Of a stretch of DNA of 64,000 nucleotides, positions 53,725 to 62,923 are shown one piece after another. The stretch is from the NCBI GenBank assembly GCA_050012495.1, contig JBEKHB010000009.1, forward strand, positions 6,460 through 70,459, written 5' to 3'. The stretch is from Syntrophorhabdales bacterium (GTDB taxonomy: Bacteria > Desulfobacterota > Syntrophorhabdia > Syntrophorhabdales > WCHB1-27). Positions within the stretch are counted from its first letter, which is position 1, and each line of letters starts with the position of its first letter. Under the pieces are notes generated by a model. The model was not told where the DNA came from, did no database searches, and saw nothing but the letters and a program-made list of their open reading frames with translations. The translations under genes and the position numbers were made by a program.

Positions 53725-54144
53725 ATGAAGAGGATACTGGTCGAATGGTTCCACTGCGACGGGAAAGGGTCTGTCTGCTCCGGATGGGAGAAAAACCGGG
53801 AGCTGATCGAGAGCACTATCGAGGCCATGCGGCCTTTCATGGGGACAATGCAGGTGCAGCTCGACTTCCGGGAGGTCAGGCTGACCGGAGACGAAACGCA
53901 GCGTGCCGATACGGTGAAGATCAACGGCAAGAAGATAGAGGAGCTTATCGACGCGGCTCACGAAACAACAAAGTGCAGCCGCCCGACAAATGGTCGCACC
54001 GGCCCGGATCTTGTGCGGGGTTCTTCTCTTCCCGGCGGGAACGCGACTAATCTCTCGGAGATGCTGGTCGATGCTATTCTGAAAGAAAGCGGCAGTTTTG
54101 CCCGTTGCGGCTGCGGGTGCAGCCCCGACGATCTGTCCCGCTAA
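53725..54144 (+). CDS. Small Cys-containing protein, DUF2703-like
   Basis: MKRILVEWFHCDGKGSVCSGWEKNRELIESTIEAM...VKINGKKIEEL with a C-terminal CGCGCS. The family assignment is from memory of the DUF2703 pattern. Confidence 0.5.
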   Translation: MKRILVEWFHCDGKGSVCSGWEKNRELIESTIEAMRPFMGTMQVQLDFREVRLTGDETQRADTVKINGKKIEELIDAAHETTKCSRPTNGRTGPDLVRGSSLPGGNATNLSEMLVDAILKESGSFARCGCGCSPDDLSR

Positions 54145-54158
54145 AGGAGTTTTAGATA

Positions 54159-56297
54159 ATGGGCACGTTCAACGCGTATGAGATGAAGAGACTCGCCTAT
54201 GAGAAGCCGCTTATAGAGAAGGGATACGCGAACCGGACCCTCTACGTCAACCTCTCCGATCAGGATATCGCTATCAAACCGGTGACAGGGAAGATGAAAG
54301 AGGTCTTCGTGGGAGGGAAAGGCTTCGACCTGTGGCTCCTATGGCACGCGGTGAAAGGGAGCACCCGATGGAACGATCCCGAGAACGCCATCTGCATCGC
54401 CTCCGGCCCCCTCGGCGGCACGCCTATCTATCCTGGTTCCGGCAAGAGCATCGTCACCGCCATCTCCGCTACCACCGGCTCCGTGATGGATTCCAACGTG
54501 GGCGGCTACTTCGGTCCCTACCTCAAGTTCTCCGGCTTCGATGCGCTGGAGATCCAGGGCAAGTCGAAAGTCCCGGCAATCATCTTCATCGACGGCATCG
54601 AGGAGCAGGTCCAAATCCTGGAGGCCGCGGGGCTGCCCGAGGGGGCCCATGAGATATCGGCGCTGCTGACGGACTATTTCGGCAGGGGAGAGCCGAGGGA
54701 TATCTCCGTCGTGACGACCGGACCAGGGGCGCGCCATACCCTTATCGGATGCCTCAATTTCTCGTGGTATGATCAAAAGCGGTCGAGAAGCAGGCTCAAG
54801 CAGGCCGGCCGCGGGGGCGTAGGGACCGTATTCGCGGACAAAGGGCTCGCGGCCATTGTCGCCCGCTGGCACACGGTCACGCTCTCCACGAACAACCCGG
54901 CTGACGCATCGGCGCTGAAAAAGGTCGCAAATCTCCATTCAAGGGAGATCGTGGAGCAGGACCCGAAACAGAACCACATGTCCTCGGTGGGCACCGCCCA
55001 TCTTGTGAGCATCATGAACGACTACGACCTCCTGCCCGTCCATAATTATCGGTACGGGCGCCACCCGGATGCGGCCGCTATGGGCGAGGAGGTTTTTCGG
55101 GGCCTCTTCGACAAGGGCTTTGACGGCTGCTGGATCGGCTGTACACTTTCATGCAGCCACGGGGTGAAGGATTTCGTGCCTGTCAGCGGGCCCAATAAGG
55201 GGCAAAAGGTGTTCGTCGACGGGCCTGAGTACGAGACCATCGCGGGGTGCGGATCGAACCTCGGCATCTTCGATCCCCTCTTCGTGGTCGAGATGAACTT
55301 CTATTGCGACGCCTACGGCCTCGACTCGATCTCTGTGGGGACAAGCATCGCCTTTGCCATGGAGTGCTTTGAGATGGGTCTCATCAACACGACGCATACG
55401 GGCGGGATAGACCTTTCTTTCGGCAACAGGGAAGGCGTCCTTACACTGCTCCACCAGATGGCAAAAGGCGAGGGGTTCGGCGCCGTTGTGGGCCAGGCAG
55501 TCCGGAGGATGAAGGAGATATTCAGCCGCAGCTACGGCGCGGACAGCGCCGTTATGGCGGATATCGGCATGGAGGCCAAGGGCCTGGAGTTTTCCGAATA
55601 TATGAGCAAGGAATCCCTTGCGCAGCAGGGCGGCTACGGTCTGGCCCTGAAAGGGCCGCAGCATGATGAGGCATGGCTGATTTTCCTCGATATGGTGTAC
55701 AACTTCCTGCCCACCTTTGACAAGAAGGCAGAGGCCCTCCACTGGTTTCCCCTCTTCCGCACATGGTTCGGCCTCTGCGGTCTCTGCAAGCTGCCGTGGA
55801 ACGACGTCACGCCTGCCGACAACAGAGAGACGGCAGAGCCGGCGAAGGTAATGAAACACGTAGAGTGGTACGCCGAGTACTTCAGCGCGGTGACGGGCAG
55901 GAAGGCGACGCCGGACGACCTGATCGCCATGAGCGAAAGAGTGTACAATTTCCAAAGGGTCTTCTGTCTGAAGATGGGCTTTGGCCGCAGGGTCCATGAC
56001 GCGATCCCTTACCGCGCCATGGGTCCGGTAACCGTCGAGGAGTACGAGTCGAGGGCAGAGCGCTACGACGGCCAACTGAAAGAACTCTACAACCTGAGCA
56101 TCGAGGGAAAGGAGACGCAGGAGAAGGTGAGGCTCCTCAGGCGGCTGCGCGAGGAGAGATACGAACAGCTCAAGGATGCCGTGTACGAGAGAAGGGGCTG
56201 GACAAAGGACGGCATTCCCACCCTTGCCACGGTAAAGCGGCTCGGCATCGACTTTCCGGAAGTCCTGGAAGTATTGAAGGCCCACGGGGTTGCGTGA
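54159..56297 (+). CDS. Aldehyde:ferredoxin oxidoreductase (tungsten/molybdopterin AOR) family protein, long form (712 aa)
   Basis: AOR N-terminal domain (LYVNLSD...FVGGKGF), pterin-binding DxxGxD context (YCDAYGLDSISVG) and family C-terminus ERRGWTKDGIPTLATVKRLGI. Confidence 0.85.
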   Translation: MGTFNAYEMKRLAYEKPLIEKGYANRTLYVNLSDQDIAIKPVTGKMKEVFVGGKGFDLWLLWHAVKGSTRWNDPENAICIASGPLGGTPIYPGSGKSIVTAISATTGSVMDSNVGGYFGPYLKFSGFDALEIQGKSKVPAIIFIDGIEEQVQILEAAGLPEGAHEISALLTDYFGRGEPRDISVVTTGPGARHTLIGCLNFSWYDQKRSRSRLKQAGRGGVGTVFADKGLAAIVARWHTVTLSTNNPADASALKKVANLHSREIVEQDPKQNHMSSVGTAHLVSIMNDYDLLPVHNYRYGRHPDAAAMGEEVFRGLFDKGFDGCWIGCTLSCSHGVKDFVPVSGPNKGQKVFVDGPEYETIAGCGSNLGIFDPLFVVEMNFYCDAYGLDSISVGTSIAFAMECFEMGLINTTHTGGIDLSFGNREGVLTLLHQMAKGEGFGAVVGQAVRRMKEIFSRSYGADSAVMADIGMEAKGLEFSEYMSKESLAQQGGYGLALKGPQHDEAWLIFLDMVYNFLPTFDKKAEALHWFPLFRTWFGLCGLCKLPWNDVTPADNRETAEPAKVMKHVEWYAEYFSAVTGRKATPDDLIAMSERVYNFQRVFCLKMGFGRRVHDAIPYRAMGPVTVEEYESRAERYDGQLKELYNLSIEGKETQEKVRLLRRLREERYEQLKDAVYERRGWTKDGIPTLATVKRLGIDFPEVLEVLKAHGVA

Positions 56298-56494
56298 TGG
56301 TGAAGGTCGACGGCAAAAACCTGGCCTGGCACGAGGGGATGACCGTCGCCGATCTCCTCAGGGAATTGAACGACTCGTATCCTTATGCATTGGCGCGGAT
56401 CGACGGTAAGGCCTTCACCGGTCACGAATTTGACAAGGCGCCGGTGCCGGACAACGCGGAGGTCTTTCTGGTACATCTGGTGGCAGGCGGCTAA
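56297..56494 (+). CDS. MoaD/ThiS-family sulfur-carrier-like protein
   Basis: About 65 aa ending in GG (VHLVAGG). TGATG overlap with the AOR stop. Confidence 0.75.
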   Translation: MVKVDGKNLAWHEGMTVADLLRELNDSYPYALARIDGKAFTGHEFDKAPVPDNAEVFLVHLVAGG

Positions 56495-56516
56495 AGGACC
56501 TTGTGGGGGAGTGCGG

Positions 56517-56957
56517 ATGGCGCGTGTAAGGCTGGTCGAGCAGGAGCAATACGCATTTCATTATCCCGTAAGAATTGAGCCGCGGCACCTCAGCATCGGC
56601 AACCACCTGGGCAGTGACAATCTCATCTTACTCGCCAGCGCCGCCAGGGCTGATGTCTTTGCCTCGATGGGCCTGACCCAGGTGGACCTCGGCGACGGCG
56701 TCACGGGCATCGTCATCGCCGATATGGTCGTCACCTTCAAGGCGGAGGCATTTCTTCACGACGAGATCGTGATCGATACGCATTTCGGCGCGTTCACAGG
56801 CCACAGTTTCACGACATTTCAAAGGATCAGGAAAGGCGATAAGGTGCTTGCCCTTGCTGAAACGGGCGTGGCCACCTTCAACTATCGGTCGAGAAAAATC
56901 GCCCCGGTACCGGAGCGCGTGCTGCACGCATGCGCGGCGCATTATTCACACACATAG
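56517..56957 (+). CDS. Hotdog-fold acyl-CoA thioesterase (4HBT/YbgC-like)
   Basis: Motif MARVRLVEQEQYAFHYPVRIEPRHLSIGNHLGSD and about 146 aa in size. The track ORF has a spurious N-terminal extension. Confidence 0.6.
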   Translation: MARVRLVEQEQYAFHYPVRIEPRHLSIGNHLGSDNLILLASAARADVFASMGLTQVDLGDGVTGIVIADMVVTFKAEAFLHDEIVIDTHFGAFTGHSFTTFQRIRKGDKVLALAETGVATFNYRSRKIAPVPERVLHACAAHYSHT

Positions 56958-57034
56958 GCCAGCCTGCCTCTCCTGTCGCTTTTTTTGCAATTCGCACCGT
57001 TATTTTATATGGTGTGTATAATGGACCCTTGCCT

Positions 57035-57781
57035 ATGACTGACGGCGCCATCCTGAGCATTTCCGGTCTGACGAAAGAATATGATTCTTTCAAGGCGGTC
57101 GACCGTCTCTCCTTTTCCGTGAATGAGGGGGAAATAGTCGGTCTCCTCGGTCCGAACGGGGCGGGCAAGACAACTACCATCAACATGATCCTGGGTATCC
57201 TGACGCCGACAAGCGGCTCGATCGAGATATTGGGTAAAATGATCGAAAAGCGGAGGTCGGAGATCAGCAAGAAGGTCAATTTTGCGGCCGTTTACGCCCA
57301 TGTTCCCGCCAACCTCACCGTCCGCCAGAACCTCTACGTCTTTGCCCTTCTCTACGGGATCAAATCTATCAAACAGAGAATAAGCGCCTTATTGCAAGAA
57401 TTCGACCTCGAGCACTTTGCGGCCACCAAGGCCGGGCTCCTCTCTTCCGGAGAGCTGAGCCGCCTCAATCTCGCCAAGGCGTTGATGAACAAGCCGAAGC
57501 TCCTGCTTCTCGACGAGCCGACCGCCTCGCTGGACCCGAGTATCTCACGGCTCGTCCGTGAGAAAATAAGGGAATATGCCGTGAAAACCCCGGCCGGGAT
57601 ACTCTGGACATCGCACAATATGAACGAGATCGAAGCCGTCTGTGACCGGGTCCTTTTTCTGTCCCATGGAAAAATCCTTTTGAGCGGCGATCCGCACACC
57701 TTGCCGGCCGCGCACGGAAAAAAAGACCTCGAAGAACTCTTCATCACCGTGGCGCGCGAGCCTGTCTCTTTGAAGGAATGA
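57035..57781 (+). CDS. ABC transporter ATP-binding protein (ABC-2 exporter type)
   Basis: Walker A GPNGAGKTT, signature LSSGELSR and Walker B LLLLDEP. I prefer the ATG at 57035 (MTDGAILSISGL). Confidence 0.88.
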   Translation: MTDGAILSISGLTKEYDSFKAVDRLSFSVNEGEIVGLLGPNGAGKTTTINMILGILTPTSGSIEILGKMIEKRRSEISKKVNFAAVYAHVPANLTVRQNLYVFALLYGIKSIKQRISALLQEFDLEHFAATKAGLLSSGELSRLNLAKALMNKPKLLLLDEPTASLDPSISRLVREKIREYAVKTPAGILWTSHNMNEIEAVCDRVLFLSHGKILLSGDPHTLPAAHGKKDLEELFITVAREPVSLKE

Positions 57782-57785
57782 ATAG

Positions 57786-58595
57786 ATGAGTCTTTCGAGG
57801 ACCCTTGCCATCTTCGTCCGGCAGCTCTTTCTGCTCAAGAGCAATCCCACACGGTTAGTCAGCATTTTTTTATGGCTGATCATCGACATCATCCAGTGGG
57901 GTTTCATCAGTAAATACCTCGGCTCATTGGGCGAGGCCACCTTCGGTTTCGTCACCGTTGCGTTGGGGGCTATCATCCTGTGGGAATTCATGAGCAGGAT
58001 CGAGAACGGGATAATGATGGCCTTTCTGGAGGATGTATGGAGTCAGAACCTCATCAATTTCTTTGCCTCCCCCTTAAAAGTAAGGGAATACCTGAGCGGT
58101 CTTATCCTGACGAGCATCACGACCGGGCTGGCAGCCTTCCTGGCCATGGTCGCCGTGGCTGCGGCGGCCTTCGGCTACCACGTGCTGCGCATCGGCGTGG
58201 TGCTCCTGCCCTTCATGCTGATACTCCTGCTTTTCGGCGTTGCAATGGGCATCTTTGTCTCGGCCCTGATTTTCCGGCTCGGGCCTTCGGCGGAATGGCT
58301 GGGTTGGCCCATTCCCCTGGTGCTTTCGATTTTTGCCGGCGTCTATTACCCGGTCTCGACACTGCCGGCCGCTCTCAGGGCCTTCGCAAGGCTGATCCCC
58401 CCGTCATACGTGTTCGAGACCTGCCGTGCCGTGCTTGCCACCGGCAGCCTGCCGGCCGGCTTCGGCTCAAATCTTCTTCTCGGCGCCTTCCTCTCCTTGC
58501 TCTATCTGCTCGCGACGTCCCTTCTCTTCGTCCGGGTTTACCGAAGAAACCTCGCAACCGGCAGTATTGCGCGATTCAACGCGGAAGCGCTCTGA
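57786..58595 (+). CDS. ABC-2 type transporter permease
   Basis: Six hydrophobic helices, immediately downstream of the ATPase. Confidence 0.8.
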   Translation: MSLSRTLAIFVRQLFLLKSNPTRLVSIFLWLIIDIIQWGFISKYLGSLGEATFGFVTVALGAIILWEFMSRIENGIMMAFLEDVWSQNLINFFASPLKVREYLSGLILTSITTGLAAFLAMVAVAAAAFGYHVLRIGVVLLPFMLILLLFGVAMGIFVSALIFRLGPSAEWLGWPIPLVLSIFAGVYYPVSTLPAALRAFARLIPPSYVFETCRAVLATGSLPAGFGSNLLLGAFLSLLYLLATSLLFVRVYRRNLATGSIARFNAEAL

Positions 58596-58598
58596 TAC

Positions 58599-59990
58599 TC
58601 AATCCGCATGGACCGGCACGGACGTATTGATGATGGTCGATTTCTTCCACCTTCCCGAAGAGTAGTACGCGAGACTGGCTGTCATCGACGTCACGAAGCT
58701 GAGCGTTATGGCCATCCATATCCCCGTGATCCCCAGGCTGGTGCGCGTAAGCAGCCACGCAGCGGGCACCCGCACCAGCCAGAGCGACAGGAGGGTAAAA
58801 GCCATTGTCACCATGGTATGGCCTGCACCGTTTATGACGCCGTTCGATATAAACATTATTGCGAGGAATATGTAGCAGGATCCGACGATCCGCAGGTACC
58901 CGACGCCTATGTCCATGACCCTGGCGTCATCTCCGAGACCGAACATTCTCAGTATGAGCCTCGAAAGGATAACGACGACCAGCGATATGAAGAGGGTGAT
59001 GGACGACGTCATGACAATCCCCCATTTGAATACCTCCTTCACCCTTCCGGGCCTGCCTGCGCCGAGGTTTTGTCCTGTGAGAGCGGAAACCGCGATGCTC
59101 ATGGAGAGGGCGGGCATGAACACGATCATATCTATTCTCCCCGTCGCGCCGAAGGCATTCGTCGCCGCGCTGCCGAAGGAGTTCACGAAGGTCGTCACTA
59201 CCAGGCTGCCGATGGAAACAAGCGACTGCTGGACTATCGAGGGAAGGCCGATCTTGAAAAGCAGAAAAGTCATGTGGCCGTCGAGGCTGAGTTTCGAAGG
59301 ACGGAAAGCGATCACGTGGTTCCTGCGATTCAGGTAGAAAATGCTTGCCCCAACCGCCGCAGCCTGCGAGATCAACGTGGCGCAGGCGGCCCCTTTCAGG
59401 CCCCAGTGGGGGAACGGCCCGAAGCCGCCGATCAGAAACGGGTCGAGGAGCGCGTTCAGCCCCAGCCCTATGGACATAAACACCATGGGGGTAACGGTAT
59501 CGCCTATGCCCCTGAGAATGAAATTCGTGAGAAAGCCGAGATAAAAGAGGACCATTCCCGCAAGGTTTATTTTAAGGTAGGCCGACGCCATGGCGAAATT
59601 TTCCGGCGGCGTCGCCATAAGCCTCAGAAGGGCGTCACTCGAAAGCACGCCCGCCATCGTCATCACGGCGCCTAGTATCAGGGCCAGCGAAAACGAGTTG
59701 CCTACCGCCCTCTCCACCATGCGGTACTCTTTTGCCCCGTAGAACTGCGCGACGAGTATGGTCGTCGCCATCGACATGCCCATGCAGATCCCGACGAGCA
59801 CGTAGATCACGGGGAAGCTGACGCCTATTGCCCCAACGGCGTTCTCGCCCACCAGATGTCCGACCCAGATGGTATTTACTATGCCGTAGCCGATCTGCAT
59901 GGCGTTGCCCGCCAGCATAGGGATTGAAAAGAGCAGAAGATGCCTGGGGATGCTCCCTATGGTCAGGTCTTTCCCGAACTTCTTGTCCAT
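58599..59990 (-). CDS. MATE-family efflux transporter
   Basis: Twelve TM helices. The N-terminus MDKKFGKDLTIGSIPRHLLLFSIPMLAGNAMQ is typical of MATE. The ATG at 59990 overlaps the upstream stop (TAATG). Confidence 0.85.
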   Translation of the reverse strand: MDKKFGKDLTIGSIPRHLLLFSIPMLAGNAMQIGYGIVNTIWVGHLVGENAVGAIGVSFPVIYVLVGICMGMSMATTILVAQFYGAKEYRMVERAVGNSFSLALILGAVMTMAGVLSSDALLRLMATPPENFAMASAYLKINLAGMVLFYLGFLTNFILRGIGDTVTPMVFMSIGLGLNALLDPFLIGGFGPFPHWGLKGAACATLISQAAAVGASIFYLNRRNHVIAFRPSKLSLDGHMTFLLFKIGLPSIVQQSLVSIGSLVVTTFVNSFGSAATNAFGATGRIDMIVFMPALSMSIAVSALTGQNLGAGRPGRVKEVFKWGIVMTSSITLFISLVVVILSRLILRMFGLGDDARVMDIGVGYLRIVGSCYIFLAIMFISNGVINGAGHTMVTMAFTLLSLWLVRVPAAWLLTRTSLGITGIWMAITLSFVTSMTASLAYYSSGRWKKSTIINTSVPVHAD

Positions 59991-61690
59991 TATGTGTCTT
60001 TCTTTCGCGTCTGCGGCGTGAGACGCGGCGCCACGGCCGCACTCCGGTTGGCGATCAGGCATCTCTGGTCCTGGCAGGTCATGTCCGCATCCTCGATGCC
60101 CAGTTTTTTCATTTCGGCAAGCCGCTTCGCTTTCACCACAACAAACACCGGCCTGTCCGAGTGGAACAAACGCACGACTTCATCCCGATTCAAAAAGAAG
60201 CCTTTCGAGTCGGGATACTCTGAGCCCATCTGCAATTCGCCGGTGTACTCGGCAAGATACGTCCTCTTGCCCAGATAGAACGGCAGAGTTTCATCGAAAG
60301 AGCCGTAATTGACGACAATCGCGTTGTCTTTGCCCGCCTTGCGCATCGCCGCCGCCAGCCCTTTTGTGGTGCTCAAGCGGTCGATGACATGGCTGTGGAG
60401 CATGATTCCTATCACCACGAAAAGGGAGAAGGCGCCCAGCATGGTGAAGAGGGATCTGAACGAACCCATGCTTTTGCGGGCGAGGAAGAAAAGCATGGCG
60501 AAGGAGACAGCGGACATCCCCAATGACAGACCCCGAATATCACCGCCTAAGGAGCTGATGCCGGTCATACCGGTGAGGTAGTTGTCGAGGAGGCCGCACC
60601 CGCCGGCAAGACCCACGCTTGCGAGAAACGAGAAGAACACGGCATAGACGATAAGCTCGCGTCTCGGGGGCACAGGGCGCTGCCACTGCCCGTCGAAGAG
60701 GCAGCCGAGGACGATCGAAAGAGCGGGAAAAAGGGGGAGAATATAGGGAGGCAGCTTCGATCCCGACACGCTGAAGAACGTGAAAACGACGAGGGACCAG
60801 ATAAGGAGCAGCCGGGTCTCTCTTTTTTGCCAAAAGAGGATAACGGCCCTGGGAATAAATACCGACCAGGGAAACAGGCCCCCGAACAAGACAGGGAAGA
60901 AGTAGTAGAGAGGGCCGGACCTGCTGTGCTTTGTCGTCAGAAATCTGAGGACGTGTTGGTCTACGAAAAAGAACCGAGTAAATTCCTTCTCCTTCACACA
61001 CATGAGGACGAACCAGGGACCTGCGATTACCGCGAAGAGGAGAATCGCCCTTGGTGAAGCCGCCTCCTTCAAAAAGCGCAGGTTTTTTTCAGACCCCAGG
61101 AAAAGGAGGACCGAAGCGCCCAGAAGGACGGGCGCAACAGGGCCTTTCGCCAGTACCGCGAGGGCAAGGGCCGCCCAGGAGAGGTAGAGGAAAAGACGCC
61201 TTCTTTCCCGGTAGAATTCATAGAAACAGGAAAGAGAGGAGAAGAGAAGAAAGGAAAAAAGCATATCGATCGTGCCGATGCGGGCCATCGCGAAGAAGCC
61301 GAAAGAAGTCATGAGCATGAGACCTGATATGAGGCCGGTGCGGACCGAAAACCATCGGCCCGCGAACAGGCAGGTGGCCAGCACGGCCGCGAGGCCGGCA
61401 AGGGCGTTGGGGAACCTGAAAGACCACTCGCTGACCCCGAAGAGCTTGTACGACGCAGCGCACGTCCAGTAGAGAAGAGGCGGTTTCTCGAAATAGCGCA
61501 CGTAATCGAGATGGGGGACGACATAATCGCCCTGCTCGATCATCTCCCGGGGGATCTCCGCATATCTGCCTTCATCAGGCTCCTTGAGTGAATAGCCGCC
61601 GAGGTTGTAGAAAAAAAAGAGGTATGAGACCGCAAGAACGGCCAGGACGCAGATGGCCGTCTCTTTGCTAAGAAGCTTCCCGTATCGCAT
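59990..61690 (-). CDS. GT39/GT83-type (ArnT/PMT-like) membrane glycosyltransferase
   Basis: Motif YSLKEPDEGRYAEIPREM, typical of GT-C ArnT-like enzymes, in a polytopic protein. The ATG at 61690 follows GGGAGA. The track start is 61720. Confidence 0.8.
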   Translation of the reverse strand: MRYGKLLSKETAICVLAVLAVSYLFFFYNLGGYSLKEPDEGRYAEIPREMIEQGDYVVPHLDYVRYFEKPPLLYWTCAASYKLFGVSEWSFRFPNALAGLAAVLATCLFAGRWFSVRTGLISGLMLMTSFGFFAMARIGTIDMLFSFLLFSSLSCFYEFYRERRRLFLYLSWAALALAVLAKGPVAPVLLGASVLLFLGSEKNLRFLKEAASPRAILLFAVIAGPWFVLMCVKEKEFTRFFFVDQHVLRFLTTKHSRSGPLYYFFPVLFGGLFPWSVFIPRAVILFWQKRETRLLLIWSLVVFTFFSVSGSKLPPYILPLFPALSIVLGCLFDGQWQRPVPPRRELIVYAVFFSFLASVGLAGGCGLLDNYLTGMTGISSLGGDIRGLSLGMSAVSFAMLFFLARKSMGSFRSLFTMLGAFSLFVVIGIMLHSHVIDRLSTTKGLAAAMRKAGKDNAIVVNYGSFDETLPFYLGKRTYLAEYTGELQMGSEYPDSKGFFLNRDEVVRLFHSDRPVFVVVKAKRLAEMKKLGIEDADMTCQDQRCLIANRSAAVAPRLTPQTRKKDT

Positions 61691-61743
61691 GCATTTCTCC
61701 CAAAAGGGTTTTCGGCACAACGCAGGTTGCGGATGAAAGCGCG

Positions 61744-62835
61744 TTATCCGGCGATCACCCGAGGATTAAGGTCCGCCCCGTCGCCGGTCAGCTTTATCGT
61801 CCCCCCTCCCAGCACGGTCTCCTCGTCGTAGAGGACAACCGATTGGCCGGGGGTTATGGCGGAGACCGGCCGATGGAAGACTACCTCCAGCATGCCGTCT
61901 CGTACTGCGTAGGAGCACGGCTCCTCTTTCTGCCTGTAACGCACCCGCGCCCGCGCCTCTCCTTGCAGCCCTGAGGTGAGCATGTTGACCTCGTCCGCGA
62001 TCAGGCGTCTTTGCATCAGCCGATCCTTTGGGCCTACCACGAGCAGGTTATCTTCCGCCCTCAACTCTATCACATAAAGGGCCTCCTTGCATGGAATATT
62101 GATGCCCCTCCGCTGCCCGACCGTGTAGAGATGAACCCCGTCGTGATATCCCACCCGGGCGCCGTCCACCGTGACAACCTGCCCTCTCCTGGGTGGGATG
62201 AACTGCCCGATAAACCTGCGGTAATCATTTCCGGGGATGAAGCAGATATCCTGGCTTTCCTGCATCTCCGCCTGCCCGCACGCGTGTGCGGCAAACTCGC
62301 GGCGCACCATCTCCTTCGTGTATGACCCGAGGGGGAAGGTCAGGTAGGGGAGGTCGGCGGCCGGGACGGGATAGAGGAAGTACGATTGGTCTTTTGCCCT
62401 GTCCTTCCCCTTCTTCAGGACAGGCCCTTGCGGCGTCTCTTCCACACGCGCATAATGGCCCGTCGCCACCCTGTCGGCGCCCATGGCCAGCGCCTTTTCG
62501 AGGAACGATGCGAATTTTATATGCCTGTTGCAGAGGACGCAGGGGTTTGGCGTCCGCCCCTTTCCATACTCATCCACAAATCGCCGGATTACGTAGTGTT
62601 CGAACTCCTCCTGCATGTTGATCACGTAATGGGGGATAGAGAGACGGTCTGCTATACGCCTCGCCCTGTGCATGCTTATCGCCGAGCAGCATACCCTGGG
62701 GTTGGATTCGCTCCGAAGGCCGCGGGGCAGCAGGTCAAAGGTAAAACCGACCGTGTTATATCCCTGCTTTTTCAACAGACAGGCCGAATATGCACTGTCG
62801 ATGCCGCCGCTCATCGCGACGAAAACGGTTTCCAC
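61744..62835 (-). CDS. mnmA: tRNA 2-thiouridine(34) synthase
   Basis: PP-loop motif VAMSGGIDSA and motifs NPCVLCN and ATGHYAR. Confidence 0.9.
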   Translation of the reverse strand: METVFVAMSGGIDSAYSACLLKKQGYNTVGFTFDLLPRGLRSESNPRVCCSAISMHRARRIADRLSIPHYVINMQEEFEHYVIRRFVDEYGKGRTPNPCVLCNRHIKFASFLEKALAMGADRVATGHYARVEETPQGPVLKKGKDRAKDQSYFLYPVPAADLPYLTFPLGSYTKEMVRREFAAHACGQAEMQESQDICFIPGNDYRRFIGQFIPPRRGQVVTVDGARVGYHDGVHLYTVGQRRGINIPCKEALYVIELRAEDNLLVVGPKDRLMQRRLIADEVNMLTSGLQGEARARVRYRQKEEPCSYAVRDGMLEVVFHRPVSAITPGQSVVLYDEETVLGGGTIKLTGDGADLNPRVIAG

Positions 62836-62864
62836 GGGATGAATATAGCATGCAGCGAATCAAA

Positions 62865-62893
62865 TTGAAAGTGAGCGAAATATATAGTATTAT
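62865..62893 (+). promoter_or_regulatory. Sigma70-like promoter TTGAAA-N17-TATTAT upstream of ctpA
   Basis: Read from the sequence. AGGAGG lies 7 nt before the ATG at 62924. Confidence 0.45.
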
Positions 62894-62923
62894 GAGTATA
62901 GTCTTAAAGGAGGAGCAATCAAT

